A DNA stretch of 27,953 bases, taken from contig JAAXGS010000083.1 of assembly GCA_012271225.1 (NCBI GenBank), forward strand, positions 1 through 27,953. The letters are read 5' to 3'. The notes beneath the pieces were generated by a model. It saw only the letters and a list, made by a program, of their open reading frames with translations. It had not been told where the DNA came from and did no database searches. This DNA comes from Dehalococcoidia bacterium (lineage in GTDB: Bacteria > Chloroflexota > Dehalococcoidia > UBA6926). Of this stretch, positions 17,563 through 26,828 are shown piece by piece. The position numbers were made by a program, and so were the translations under genes. Each line of letters opens with the position of its first letter. The stretch's first letter is position 1.

Positions 17563-19143
17563 ATGCGTGAACGCCTGAGTCTGGGCGAGCGGGTTTCAGA
17601 GGACATCGGCATCGCGCTGCTTGTGCTGGGCGGCGTTGCCGTGCCGGTGGGCGCGCTGCTGTACGCCATCGTGGCGGAACTGCGGGTCTGGGCGCTTGTG
17701 CTGATTGGCGTCGGCATTCTCGCGCTCATCATCGGCGTCATCCTGAGCCGGGAGCAGGTCACCCGAATCATCTCCACGCGGCAGGGGCGCTACGGGGTCA
17801 ACACCATTGTCATGATCGCCGCGTTCACCGTGATCCTGGCCCTGGTCAACGTTGTCAGCGCGGCGGTCAACGCGCGCGTTGACCTGACCGCCAACCGCAG
17901 CTTCACCCTCGCCACGCAGACGCAGGAGGTGCTGCGGAACCTTGAGCAGCCCGTGGAGGCCTACGGATTCTTCACTCCGGGCGATGAGGCGGGCATCGCC
18001 GCCGAGGGCCTGCTGCGTGAGTATGCCCTGCTCAGCGACAACTTCACCTATGAAATCGTCGATCCGGAGACGGACCCAGCCAAGGCCAGCCGCTACAACG
18101 TCGATCAGAACGACGTTGTCGTGTTCGCATCGCGTGACCGCGTCACGCGAACGCGGCAGATATCGGAGCAGGAGTTCACGTCCAATCTGCTGCTGGCAAC
18201 GGGAACGCAGCTGCGCACGGTCTGTTTCCTCACCGGACACGGAGAGCACAGCATCCTGAGCACAACGGACGTTGGAATGAGCCGGGCGAAGGAGGCGATG
18301 GAGCGGGAGCTCTATGTGGTGCGCGACTTCGGGTTCGCCTCCAGCGGGCGGGTGCCGGAGGAGTGCTCCGTCGTGGTTGTCGCCGGCCCGGACCGTGATC
18401 TGGAAGCGGAGGAGGACGGCGATGATGAGGGCGTTCTGCTGAGGAACTACCTTGGCGGCGGCGGCAACATCCTGTTTCTCCTGACGCATCAGACGCCGTC
18501 GTCATGGCTCATTCTGCTGGGTGAGGCGGGAATCGACGCCCGCCGGGGCGCGGTGGTTGATCCGGCCAGCTACGCCCAGCCGGACATCACAACCCCCACC
18601 ATTCGCGCGGACGGCTATCTGGAGGGGCACCCGATTACCGCGCCCATGATCGATCGCTCTCTGGTCACCTTCTTTCCGCTGGTCACCCGCGTCGCGCCGC
18701 TTCCGGAGGAGCTGAGATTCCCCGGCGCCAACGTCGTCCCGCTGGCGTTCACATCGGACCGCAGCTGGCTGGAGACTGATATGGACAGCCTGGTCAATCC
18801 GCGCTTCGACTCCCAGCAGGACTCCCGCGGGCCCATCGCAATCGCGTCCGCGATTGAGTTTCCTGTGGTCGGGGATGAGACGGGGCGCATCGTGGCCGTT
18901 GGCAACTCCACGTTCGCATCCAATCAGTTCATCAACTCCGTCGGCAACCTGGACCTCCTGATGAACTCCGTCAACTGGTTGACGGAGCAGGAGGGGTTGA
19001 TCGGCGTTCGGGCGCGGCTGAATGTCCCGCGCATCCTCACGCTGACACAGCGGCAGGCCAACTGGATTCTGTATTCCAGCGTTGGCGTGCTGCCCGCCGC
19101 GATGCTCCTCGTTGGCGGCTGGACGTGGTGGCGGCGCCGCTGA
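17563..19143 (+). CDS. GldG-family ABC auxiliary protein
   Basis: N-terminal TMs, RVDLTANRSFTLATQT, FLTGHGE, VVVAGP.RDL, GRIVAVGNSTF...GNLDLLMNSVNWL, C-terminal TM + WWRRR. Confidence 0.9.
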   Translation: MRERLSLGERVSEDIGIALLVLGGVAVPVGALLYAIVAELRVWALVLIGVGILALIIGVILSREQVTRIISTRQGRYGVNTIVMIAAFTVILALVNVVSAAVNARVDLTANRSFTLATQTQEVLRNLEQPVEAYGFFTPGDEAGIAAEGLLREYALLSDNFTYEIVDPETDPAKASRYNVDQNDVVVFASRDRVTRTRQISEQEFTSNLLLATGTQLRTVCFLTGHGEHSILSTTDVGMSRAKEAMERELYVVRDFGFASSGRVPEECSVVVVAGPDRDLEAEEDGDDEGVLLRNYLGGGGNILFLLTHQTPSSWLILLGEAGIDARRGAVVDPASYAQPDITTPTIRADGYLEGHPITAPMIDRSLVTFFPLVTRVAPLPEELRFPGANVVPLAFTSDRSWLETDMDSLVNPRFDSQQDSRGPIAIASAIEFPVVGDETGRIVAVGNSTFASNQFINSVGNLDLLMNSVNWLTEQEGLIGVRARLNVPRILTLTQRQANWILYSSVGVLPAAMLLVGGWTWWRRR

Positions 19144-19184
19144 GGCGTGTCCGCGCCAGGGGCTGACACCAGGCGGCACGGCCT

Positions 19185-19754
19185 ATGAACCCTCGTCTAA
19201 CCATCGTTCTTGTTGCCGTCGCGGTGCTTCTCGGCGGCTATCTGGTGCTTGGCCCGGGACTGGGCGCGCCGACTGACCCGGATTCGCCGCAATCACATGA
19301 GTGGTTCTACATTGTCGATGACTCCAAGATCAATCGGCTGGACGCCGCGTATTTTGGCACGGAGGCCGTCTTTGTCCGCGACGCGGAGCGCGTATGGCAC
19401 CTGACTGACGTGAACGGCCCGCCGGTCAGCGAGGAGTTCGCCGGCACGCCCTTCCTCGCGGGCGGAGCGCGGTCGCCGCGCCTCATCATCGAGAATCCGG
19501 ACGCGGACGACCTGACCCTGTACGGCCTCAATAGTCCGCAGATCACCCTGCGCTTCTACCTTGAGGACGGCGCGAGCTACACCGTGTACGTGGGAGGCCT
19601 GACGCCGGATCGCATCTCAAACTACGCGCGCATTGATGGACGAGACGGCATCTGGCTCCTCGACCGCACATGGGGTGAGCACATGGCGCGCCTGATCACG
19701 GAGACGGACGTGTTTGTGAGCACGGCCACACCCACGCCCGAGGCAGAGGGCTAG
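19185..19754 (+). CDS. DUF4340-like membrane-anchored protein
   Basis: N-terminal TM; LTLYGLNSPQITL...VYVGGLTPD...YARIDG pattern; position after gldG-like gene is typical. Confidence 0.75.
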   Translation: MNPRLTIVLVAVAVLLGGYLVLGPGLGAPTDPDSPQSHEWFYIVDDSKINRLDAAYFGTEAVFVRDAERVWHLTDVNGPPVSEEFAGTPFLAGGARSPRLIIENPDADDLTLYGLNSPQITLRFYLEDGASYTVYVGGLTPDRISNYARIDGRDGIWLLDRTWGEHMARLITETDVFVSTATPTPEAEG

Positions 19755-19840
19755 GGGCGCCGTCCGCAGCCGCACGGCACGGACGCAGGACGCTCACAAC
19801 CCGGCTCCGGCCATGAAGAAAAGCACGCTATGAGGCGGCC

Positions 19841-20872
19841 ATGAGATGGATGGAGTTCAGCGTTATTGTGGACGGTGAGACGGCGGAGGCGATTACCGAT
19901 CTCTTTGCCCGCTACGGCCACGCCGGCGGCGTCGCAATTCAGGAGATCGCGGCGCCGGAGGAAACGCGCGTGGGGCCGCAGTCGCTTGCGCTGACCCGCC
20001 GGGTGCGTGTGGCCACGTACGCGCCCATGCAGGATGACGGCGGTGACGGAGCGCTTGCGGCCGCGCGGCAGGGTATTCAGGACGGTCTCGCATACCTGGG
20101 AATGATCGGCCCCGTTGGAACGCTCAGGGAACGCGCCGTTGCGGACGAGGACTGGGAATCGGCATGGCGCGATCATTTCCATCCGCATCGCGTCGGTCAG
20201 CGGAGCGTCGTCGTCCCAACGTGGCGGACCTATGAGCCGATTCCGGATGACATCGTCATTCGTCTTGATCCGGGCATGGCCTTTGGGACGGGCCTCCACC
20301 CGACGACGCGGCTCTGCGCGCTGGAACTGGAGAGGCGCGTTGCGCGCGGAGCGACGGTTCTGGACGCTGGGTGCGGCTCCGGAATCCTCTCGCTCATCGC
20401 GGCTCAACTCGGCGCGAGCCGCGTTTTGGGCGTGGATATCGACCCGATCGCGGTTGCCGCCGCGCGGGAGAACGTGACGCGCAACGGCGTTGCGGATGTC
20501 ATCGAGATCACAGAGGGAAGCCTGCCGCGGTCCGGCCAGGACCCGTTCGCGTCAGCGGGGCGCGCGTGGCCGGAGGCCGTCGTCGCGCGCGGGGGCTGGG
20601 ACATCGTGGTGGCGAACCTGACGGCGGAGGTTCTGCAGGAACTTGCTGCGCCGCTGGCGATGGCCGCGCGGCCGGGCGGCATTCTCATCGGCTCCGGCAT
20701 CATCGCGGAGCGGTTCACGCTGGCCGCGTATGCGCTGATGGATGCCGGGCTGCGCCTCACTGATGCCGTGTCCGATGAGAGCGGGGATTGGCGCGCCGTC
20801 ATCCTCATGCGCCCGGAAACAGGCCCTGAAACGGGCTCGGAAACGAGCCCGTATACGGAGAGGAGCCGCTGA
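19841..20872 (+). CDS. prmA: Ribosomal protein L11 methyltransferase
   Basis: DEDWESAWRDHF, IRLDPGMAFGTGLHPTT, VLDAGCGSGILS, GVDIDP, DIVVANL, GILIGSGII. Confidence 0.95.
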   Translation: MRWMEFSVIVDGETAEAITDLFARYGHAGGVAIQEIAAPEETRVGPQSLALTRRVRVATYAPMQDDGGDGALAAARQGIQDGLAYLGMIGPVGTLRERAVADEDWESAWRDHFHPHRVGQRSVVVPTWRTYEPIPDDIVIRLDPGMAFGTGLHPTTRLCALELERRVARGATVLDAGCGSGILSLIAAQLGASRVLGVDIDPIAVAAARENVTRNGVADVIEITEGSLPRSGQDPFASAGRAWPEAVVARGGWDIVVANLTAEVLQELAAPLAMAARPGGILIGSGIIAERFTLAAYALMDAGLRLTDAVSDESGDWRAVILMRPETGPETGSETSPYTERSR

Positions 20873-21610
20873 ATGCCAACCATTCGCGCCGTTCTTCTGG
20901 ACATGGATGACACGCTCTGCGATTCAGAGGGGCTGACGCCGCTGCGCCTTCGAGCGGTGCATGACGCGCTGGCCGATTCCGTGGAGCCGACGCTGCTGGC
21001 GCAGGTGCTGGAGGAGGCGCTGAGCTGGGACTCCGTGGGCGTCCCGGGGCAGTTCCTGAACCGCATGTCCCGCATAGCGGAACGGCTTGGGCTTGATGAC
21101 GACGCCACGCAGTTCATGCGCAGCGTCTACAATGATGTCCTGATGGAGAATCTGCGTCTGTATGACGGCGTGGCGGAGACCTTGACGTGGCTCCAGGCCC
21201 GTTTTCAGCTGGGCCTCATTACAAACGGCCCGTCTGATCTGCAGCGCGGCAAGATTGACCGTCTGCAGATTGAGCCCTACTTTCAGTCCATCGCCATTGG
21301 GGGAGAGGTGGGCGCGTACAAGCCGGACGCCAAGATCTTTCAGCACTGCCTGACGGAACTGGACGTCACGGCGGAGGAGTGCATTTTCGTGGGCGACCGC
21401 ACAGAGGCGGATATCGCCGGCGCGCGCAACATGGGCATCACCGCCATTCGCATCAGAAAATCCTATCCCTTCCCGATGGACGATGAGCCGGCGCCGGACC
21501 ACCTGCTGGACAGCGTGACGGAACTGCCTATCCTGATGATTGAGCAGGGCTATGCGGCCGGGGACGCCGCCGCGCCGACGTCCACCGCCGGAAAGCGAGG
21601 CGGAGCATGA
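20873..21610 (+). CDS. HAD-superfamily hydrolase (YjjG-like)
   Basis: Motif I DMDDT, motif II ITNG, motif III/IV KP...FVGD...DI.GA..G. Confidence 0.9.
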   Translation: MPTIRAVLLDMDDTLCDSEGLTPLRLRAVHDALADSVEPTLLAQVLEEALSWDSVGVPGQFLNRMSRIAERLGLDDDATQFMRSVYNDVLMENLRLYDGVAETLTWLQARFQLGLITNGPSDLQRGKIDRLQIEPYFQSIAIGGEVGAYKPDAKIFQHCLTELDVTAEECIFVGDRTEADIAGARNMGITAIRIRKSYPFPMDDEPAPDHLLDSVTELPILMIEQGYAAGDAAAPTSTAGKRGGA

Positions 21611-22101
21611 CCGGCAGACCGTCCGATGAGCATGAGAACGACGCGGACAGGCGGCGGGGCGAATCCCGCGACGATGACGAGATGCGCGATGCTCAGTCAC
21701 ATCCCCCCGCCGACAGCGAATCACCTGGAGACCGGCCATCGGCCGGCGGTCTGCGCGGCGAGATCGAGGAGATTCTGCGAGAGCAGGGCGAGAAGCCGGT
21801 GATGCCGCGCCCCCCGCGAGCGCGCGGGGGCGGCGTATTCAACGAGTTCACCGGCGCGGTGCGCCGCATGACCGGCGGGCCGGGCGCAGCGGACGGCGGA
21901 TCGGGACAGACAATCGGAGCACTCATGAAAGCACGCCTGGTGTTCACCCTGCTGCGCATCGCCATTGTCCTGGCCCTTGCCTTCCTCGCATTCCGCGTCC
22001 TTGGGCCGCGCGCCCTGCTGTTGATGATCGTCATCACGCTGGCGATTCTTGCCCTGATGACCATCCGAATCATCATCGCGCGCCAGCGGCCCAGCCACTG
22101 A
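21607..22101 (+). CDS. Hypothetical membrane protein (charged N-terminus, 2 C-terminal TM helices)
   Basis: ATGA overlap with the HAD stop; hydrophobic C-terminal hairpin. Confidence 0.7.
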   Translation: MTGRPSDEHENDADRRRGESRDDDEMRDAQSHPPADSESPGDRPSAGGLRGEIEEILREQGEKPVMPRPPRARGGGVFNEFTGAVRRMTGGPGAADGGSGQTIGALMKARLVFTLLRIAIVLALAFLAFRVLGPRALLLMIVITLAILALMTIRIIIARQRPSH

Positions 22102-22155
22102 CGCCCCGCCCCGCGCGGGGGCGGCCCCCTTCGGTGGATACGATTCATCGTTTGG

Positions 22156-22164
22156 TGGCACAAT
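22156..22164 (+). promoter_or_regulatory. Candidate extended -10 promoter for the CbiB-like gene
   Basis: TG-G-CACAAT, ~55 nt upstream of a GGAGGGGAG RBS and ATG. Confidence 0.35.
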
Positions 22165-22219
22165 GAGTAGCAGCGCATTGCAGTGTTGCGGCTGACCGGC
22201 CGCAGAGCGGAGGGGAGCC

Positions 22220-23227
22220 ATGCCGCGTGGACTTGAACCGAGCACACTTCTCTGGGCGGTGGGATGGGACGTCCTACTTGGAGACATCCCGGAGGAGGCT
22301 GACCCCGTGGGGCTTGCAACCCGCGCGGCGGACGCGATTGAGGCGCGCGCGCCGCAGAACTCCTACGTTGCGCGCACAGTCTACGCGATGGGCGCGGCAT
22401 TCGCCCTGCCCTACGCCGCCTGGCTGGGAACCAGGTGGGCGCTTGGCGCGGCGCGGCTGGTCCACGGCGCGGTGTACAGAGAGACCGCCACTGCGCTGCT
22501 CAAGGGCGCGCTGTCCATTCGCGGCAGCCTGAACGCTCTCCGTGATGAGCAGGAGTCGTCAGATGAAGCGGCGCACAGCGGTGATGAGGCCGTTTCCGGC
22601 GACGTTGAGCGGCTGATGCGTGAGGCCGGCATGGCGGAATCCGTCATCGGCACCACAAGCGAGGCATCGCCGGAGGAGCAGCAGAGGCGTCGCTCCCATG
22701 CCCTGCGGAAGTTGGGAAACAACTTCCGGGACGGTGTCGTCGGTCCGCTGCTCTATTTCAGCGTGTTTGGCATCCCGGGCGCGGTGGCCTATCGCGTGGT
22801 CAAGACGATGGGCGCGCGATGGCGCAGGCATGGTGATGACCCGCTTGCCGTGGCGGCCAGACGGATCGATACGGCGGCCACAATCGCCCCGGCCGTTGCG
22901 ACCGGGCTGATTCTCTCAGCCGGCGCGCAGCTCACGGCACAGCGGGGCGCGGAGACGTGGGACACAAGCCGCGCGGAGGCCAGGGCCCGCGGCACCATCC
23001 TTGAGGCGGGCTGGACGGAGGCGGCCATGGCCGGCGCGCTGGGCGTGCGCCTCTCCGCGGAGCCAGAGTTGACCGAATGGGAGCAGGACACCAATCCGGA
23101 GGGCCGCGCCATCGAGGCGGACGATATCGATCAGGCGCGGCAGCTCTTCTGGATCGCCTCCGCATGGGCGGTGGCCGGCGCGCTGGCCGCCATCGTCCTC
23201 CGCAACGCCATCAAAGCCCGCCGCTAA
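22220..23227 (+). CDS. Divergent CobD/CbiB-family (adenosylcobinamide-phosphate synthase-like) membrane protein
   Basis: WDVLLGD.P, NNFRDGVVGPLLY, G.PGAVAYRVV.T, AARRID, AGWTEAAMAGALGVRL, DIDQARQL follow the CbiB layout, but several family motifs are altered. Confidence 0.75.
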   Translation: MPRGLEPSTLLWAVGWDVLLGDIPEEADPVGLATRAADAIEARAPQNSYVARTVYAMGAAFALPYAAWLGTRWALGAARLVHGAVYRETATALLKGALSIRGSLNALRDEQESSDEAAHSGDEAVSGDVERLMREAGMAESVIGTTSEASPEEQQRRRSHALRKLGNNFRDGVVGPLLYFSVFGIPGAVAYRVVKTMGARWRRHGDDPLAVAARRIDTAATIAPAVATGLILSAGAQLTAQRGAETWDTSRAEARARGTILEAGWTEAAMAGALGVRLSAEPELTEWEQDTNPEGRAIEADDIDQARQLFWIASAWAVAGALAAIVLRNAIKARR

Positions 23228-23497
23228 CGCGGCAACGTGCGGGACGGGTGGCGGTGCAGCTGCACGGTGTGCGATGCCATCATAAATCGCCAGGAGGCAA
23301 CCATGAAAGAGAGCGCAGACACAAACGACTCCCAGCGGGCATTGGACAATCTTGTCCGTGAGGCCGGTGTCGCCGATCTGATGGAGTTGTACGACAGGAT
23401 CGAAGAGGTCTATGTGGCAGCGCACGGGGCTACGACCTCTGCGCCGCGTGGCGTTATCACCAACTCCACCCCTGCCATCACTACCCGCCGCTAACGC
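23207..23497 (+). repeat. 24-bp imperfect direct repeat pair (23207-23230 and 23474-23497), each containing a stop codon
   Basis: GCCATCAaagCCCGCCGCTAACGC vs GCCATCActaCCCGCCGCTAACGC, 21/24 identical, 267 nt apart. Confidence 0.8.
23303..23494 (+). CDS. Small hypothetical protein (63 aa)
   Basis: AGGAGG RBS before the ATG at 23303; helical-looking core LDNLVREAGVADLMELYDRIEEVYVAA. Confidence 0.7.
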   Translation: MKESADTNDSQRALDNLVREAGVADLMELYDRIEEVYVAAHGATTSAPRGVITNSTPAITTRR

Positions 23498-23543
23498 CAC
23501 GTGGCAAGTAAGTGGCGACAGATTGATGCTCCACAGATCCAGG

Positions 23544-24302
23544 ATGTTTCTGCCGAGGTGCATCCTTTTGGCTGCAGCTTGGGCCACACTGACAGCGTGT
23601 TCTACGATTCTCCCACCGGCAACTGCGACACCCACTCCGATTCCCACGTTTGGCATGAAAGAACTTGAAGCGGTTTTTGCCGATTTACCGCAAAGGTATG
23701 TCCAAGTTGAGCCGAGTTCGAGACAGCTCGGCAGCGCGAACTTCAACGATTTCTTTGATAACCAGATAGCATTCCGGGATAGCTTGGAGTTGTGGCCGCG
23801 GAGCAAAGGATTCTCGGTGAGCCTCGGGATTCTGGATCCGGCCTCCCAAAGCAAATTCGACTACGCTCTCGAAAAAACATACGGTACTGCAGATGCAGAA
23901 TTGATCCGTACTCAAAGAGTGGATCGAGCACACGGTGTATTCTGGCTTGATGTAGGTGACATCGCGCTTGGCAGTCGACACCTTGAAAAATCCGACAGAC
24001 CTGCAGCGGCAGAACTGAGGGAGACGATAACGTTTCGCCGCGGGGAGGTTGGAGTTGTTGTCAAGTTTGCTCAGCAGGCAAGCAAGCCTAGCGGCGGCGG
24101 CCTCGGGCTCTCGCCGTTCAAAACCCCAGAGGACGTTATAGAGATACTCATGAAGGCCCAGTGCTGGAATGTGTACACTTGCTACGATAGTGAGCCTGAT
24201 TTCGTGACAGGGCCTCAGGCCGCGAGAATGATCGACGAAGCGATTGTTCAGTTCTATGATGTCATGCCTCACCCAGCGGGCACATTCACCACAGAACGGT
24301 AG
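23544..24302 (+). CDS. Hypothetical lipoprotein, low GC (start 23544 or 23526)
   Basis: Hydrophobic signal with lipobox LTAC, then PPATATPTPIPT linker; long ORF; ~50% GC in sampled lines. Confidence 0.7.
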   Translation: MFLPRCILLAAAWATLTACSTILPPATATPTPIPTFGMKELEAVFADLPQRYVQVEPSSRQLGSANFNDFFDNQIAFRDSLELWPRSKGFSVSLGILDPASQSKFDYALEKTYGTADAELIRTQRVDRAHGVFWLDVGDIALGSRHLEKSDRPAAAELRETITFRRGEVGVVVKFAQQASKPSGGGLGLSPFKTPEDVIEILMKAQCWNVYTCYDSEPDFVTGPQAARMIDEAIVQFYDVMPHPAGTFTTER

Positions 24303-24325
24303 AATTGACGGACCGCGCAGTCTCT

Positions 24326-26749
24326 TTAGCGCAGGACGCCTTTGTCCGTCAGTTCGCGTCTGCGCTCAGTGTCCAGTTGCAGTAACGTGTCGAGGACGTA
24401 GTCGTTCTGCTGTCCCTTCATTGGCGCGGGGCGGCCCGCGTTGCCCGGCGTGTCTGACAGGTTGACATCAATCCCCTGATGCTCCATCGGGCCGGAATCC
24501 GCATGGTTCGCAGAGACGATGGCCGCAGGGCGGGCGCGCAGGTGCGGATCGACGTACAACTGCTCGCCGTTGGCGACGTATGAGGCGCGGACGCCCGTCG
24601 CCTGCAGCGTGCGCATGACGACGCGCGGCGTGAACCGTTTCGTCCACTCGCTAATGCGCCTGTCCAACTCCTCCTTGTTGGCGACGCGGGCGGACATCGT
24701 CGCAAACCGCTCATCCTGCGCCCACGCCGGGCTGTCCATGGCCGCCGTCAGCGCCCGCCATTCCTCCTCCGTGTGCACCTCAATCGCGCACCATTCATCA
24801 AAGCCGATGCACGGATACACGTCATGCGGAGCGTAGAACGCACTGTGATTGCCGGCCGGCGGCGGGTTATGGCCGTTGATCATGTAGTCCATATAGGCGA
24901 CGGTGAGCAGGTGCGCGCCGCCCTCCACCTGCGCGAGCTCGATGTACTGACCCTCTCCCGTGCGGTCGCGGCGCTCCAGCGCGGCGGCCACCGATATTGC
25001 GCCGAAGATGCCGGCGACGTAGTCCGGGAACGGCATCTTGATGCGCGTGTCCATTGGGGCGTCCGGATGCCCCCACAGGTTGGTGATTCCGGACACGCCC
25101 ATGATCTGCTGGCCATAGCAGAAATACGCGCTCAACGGACCGGTATTTCCCATGCCCGGCATCGCCAGCATGATGATGTCCGGCTTGATGTCCCGCAGTT
25201 CCGCGTAGCCGATGCCAAGGCGGTCCATGACCGTGGGGCGAAAGTTCTCCACCACCGCGTCGCTCTGCCGGGTGAGTTCCTTGATGAGCGCGACGCCCTC
25301 CGGTGATCGGGCATCAATGGTTGCGCTGATCTTGGCGCGGTTCAAATCCTGGAAGGTGGTCTGACCCGGCGTGCGGTTATCGTCGAGGTCCTCCGATTCA
25401 ACCTTGATGACCTCCGCGCCGAAGAAGCCGAGGAACATTGTGGCGAGGGGGCCGGCGAAGGCGCGTGTGAAGTCGACAACGCGAATCCCGTCAAGCGGCT
25501 CATATTCGTCCGCTTCAGGGGTCCGCGCTGGGGCCGCCCTGTCCGGCGCGCCGCCCGCCGGGGCCGCCGCGCCGCGCAGTTCCCGCAGCACCTCCTCCGA
25601 ATGCTGTCCGATGAGCGGCGCAGTGCGGGTTGGTTTCCACGCCGTCCGGCTGAAGCGCACCGGCGGGCCCGCCGTCCGGTACGCGCCGATGACGGGATGC
25701 TCCATCTCGATGAAGAACTCCCGCTCCTTCGCGTGGGCGCTGTCCGCGAACTCACCGGGCGAGAGCACGCTGACGATGGGCATTCCGATGGCCTGCCCGC
25801 GCTCGACGACGTCATCGCGGTCGACTGTCTCCATGTACTCCTGCACCAACTCGTCGATGACCTCGCGGTTTTCCTGTCTGACCTCGCGCTCCCACCACAT
25901 CTCATCGGAGAGGACGGGGTGGTTCCCCATCAGTTCCGTTGCCATGCGGCCAAAGTGATGGCGCATGTAGATCGAGAGGTTGACGTACCCGTCGTCACGG
26001 GTGTGGAAGGTGTTCACCGCGCCAAAGGCGGAGTGGCGCCCCTCTCGCCGCGTGATCAGGTTCTGGTAGGAGTAGCGGGATATGTAGCTGTGCTGTGCCC
26101 AGAGGCTCGCCTCCTGGCGGGACACGTCCACATGCTGCCCCCGGCCGATGCTGCGGCGCGCCCGAATCGCCAGAATTGCGCCGTAGACGGCGTGCATGCA
26201 GGCGAGTTGGGAGACCATCTCATACGGGGCCATGACGGGCGGGCGCGTGTCATCGCCGTTGGCGAACATCATTCCCGCGCTCGCCTGCGCGATGAGGTCT
26301 CCGCCCAGCCAGGACGCGTGCGGGCCGGACTGGCCAAACGGCGTGATGGACACGTACACGAGGCCCGGGTTGCGCGAGCGCATCGCCTCATACCCCAGCC
26401 CGATGGACGCCGTGTAGCCCGGCCGAAAGTCCTCAACCAGAATGTCGGCCCGCGCAATGAGCGCGGCGGCGGTCTCACGGTCGGCATCGTCCGTGATGTC
26501 CAGGACGACGCCCCGCTTTGAGCGGTTGGCGTGGATGAACCGCAGGCTGCGCTCCGGATGCTCGATGTTGCCCGCAAAGGGCGGCAGCAGCCGGGCCGGA
26601 TCTCCGCCGGGCGGCTCCACCTTGATGACGTCCGCGCCCAGGTCCCCCAGCGCCCGCGCGCAGTGCTGCCCGGCGTAGGACGTCAGGTCCACCACGCGCA
26701 GGCCCTCAAGCGGGCCGGGGAGATCATTGTTATTGAGCGCATTCATCAC
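24326..26749 (-). CDS. Class III (CaiB/BaiF) CoA-transferase, two fused domains (807 aa)
   Basis: Twice: L.G.RVVD.T...GADVIKVE / GAEVIKVE, NR.K, (E)N/DFRP, G.GQ..DVS / G.GQYIEL, AP.IGQH / AP.KGQQ. Confidence 0.93.
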   Translation of the reverse strand: MMNALNNNDLPGPLEGLRVVDLTSYAGQHCARALGDLGADVIKVEPPGGDPARLLPPFAGNIEHPERSLRFIHANRSKRGVVLDITDDADRETAAALIARADILVEDFRPGYTASIGLGYEAMRSRNPGLVYVSITPFGQSGPHASWLGGDLIAQASAGMMFANGDDTRPPVMAPYEMVSQLACMHAVYGAILAIRARRSIGRGQHVDVSRQEASLWAQHSYISRYSYQNLITRREGRHSAFGAVNTFHTRDDGYVNLSIYMRHHFGRMATELMGNHPVLSDEMWWEREVRQENREVIDELVQEYMETVDRDDVVERGQAIGMPIVSVLSPGEFADSAHAKEREFFIEMEHPVIGAYRTAGPPVRFSRTAWKPTRTAPLIGQHSEEVLRELRGAAAPAGGAPDRAAPARTPEADEYEPLDGIRVVDFTRAFAGPLATMFLGFFGAEVIKVESEDLDDNRTPGQTTFQDLNRAKISATIDARSPEGVALIKELTRQSDAVVENFRPTVMDRLGIGYAELRDIKPDIIMLAMPGMGNTGPLSAYFCYGQQIMGVSGITNLWGHPDAPMDTRIKMPFPDYVAGIFGAISVAAALERRDRTGEGQYIELAQVEGGAHLLTVAYMDYMINGHNPPPAGNHSAFYAPHDVYPCIGFDEWCAIEVHTEEEWRALTAAMDSPAWAQDERFATMSARVANKEELDRRISEWTKRFTPRVVMRTLQATGVRASYVANGEQLYVDPHLRARPAAIVSANHADSGPMEHQGIDVNLSDTPGNAGRPAPMKGQQNDYVLDTLLQLDTERRRELTDKGVLR

Positions 26750-26828
26750 GGGTCAGATGCTCAGGATACTCTTTCTGCCAGTTTGATGGAGAGGGCGCGC
26801 TTGCTGACGGCTGCCGTTCCCGCTGGGG

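Noticed and set aside
22102-22219. Cobalamin riboswitch upstream of the cbiB-like gene
   Set aside because: No GGGAA / B12-box elements, and the region is short.
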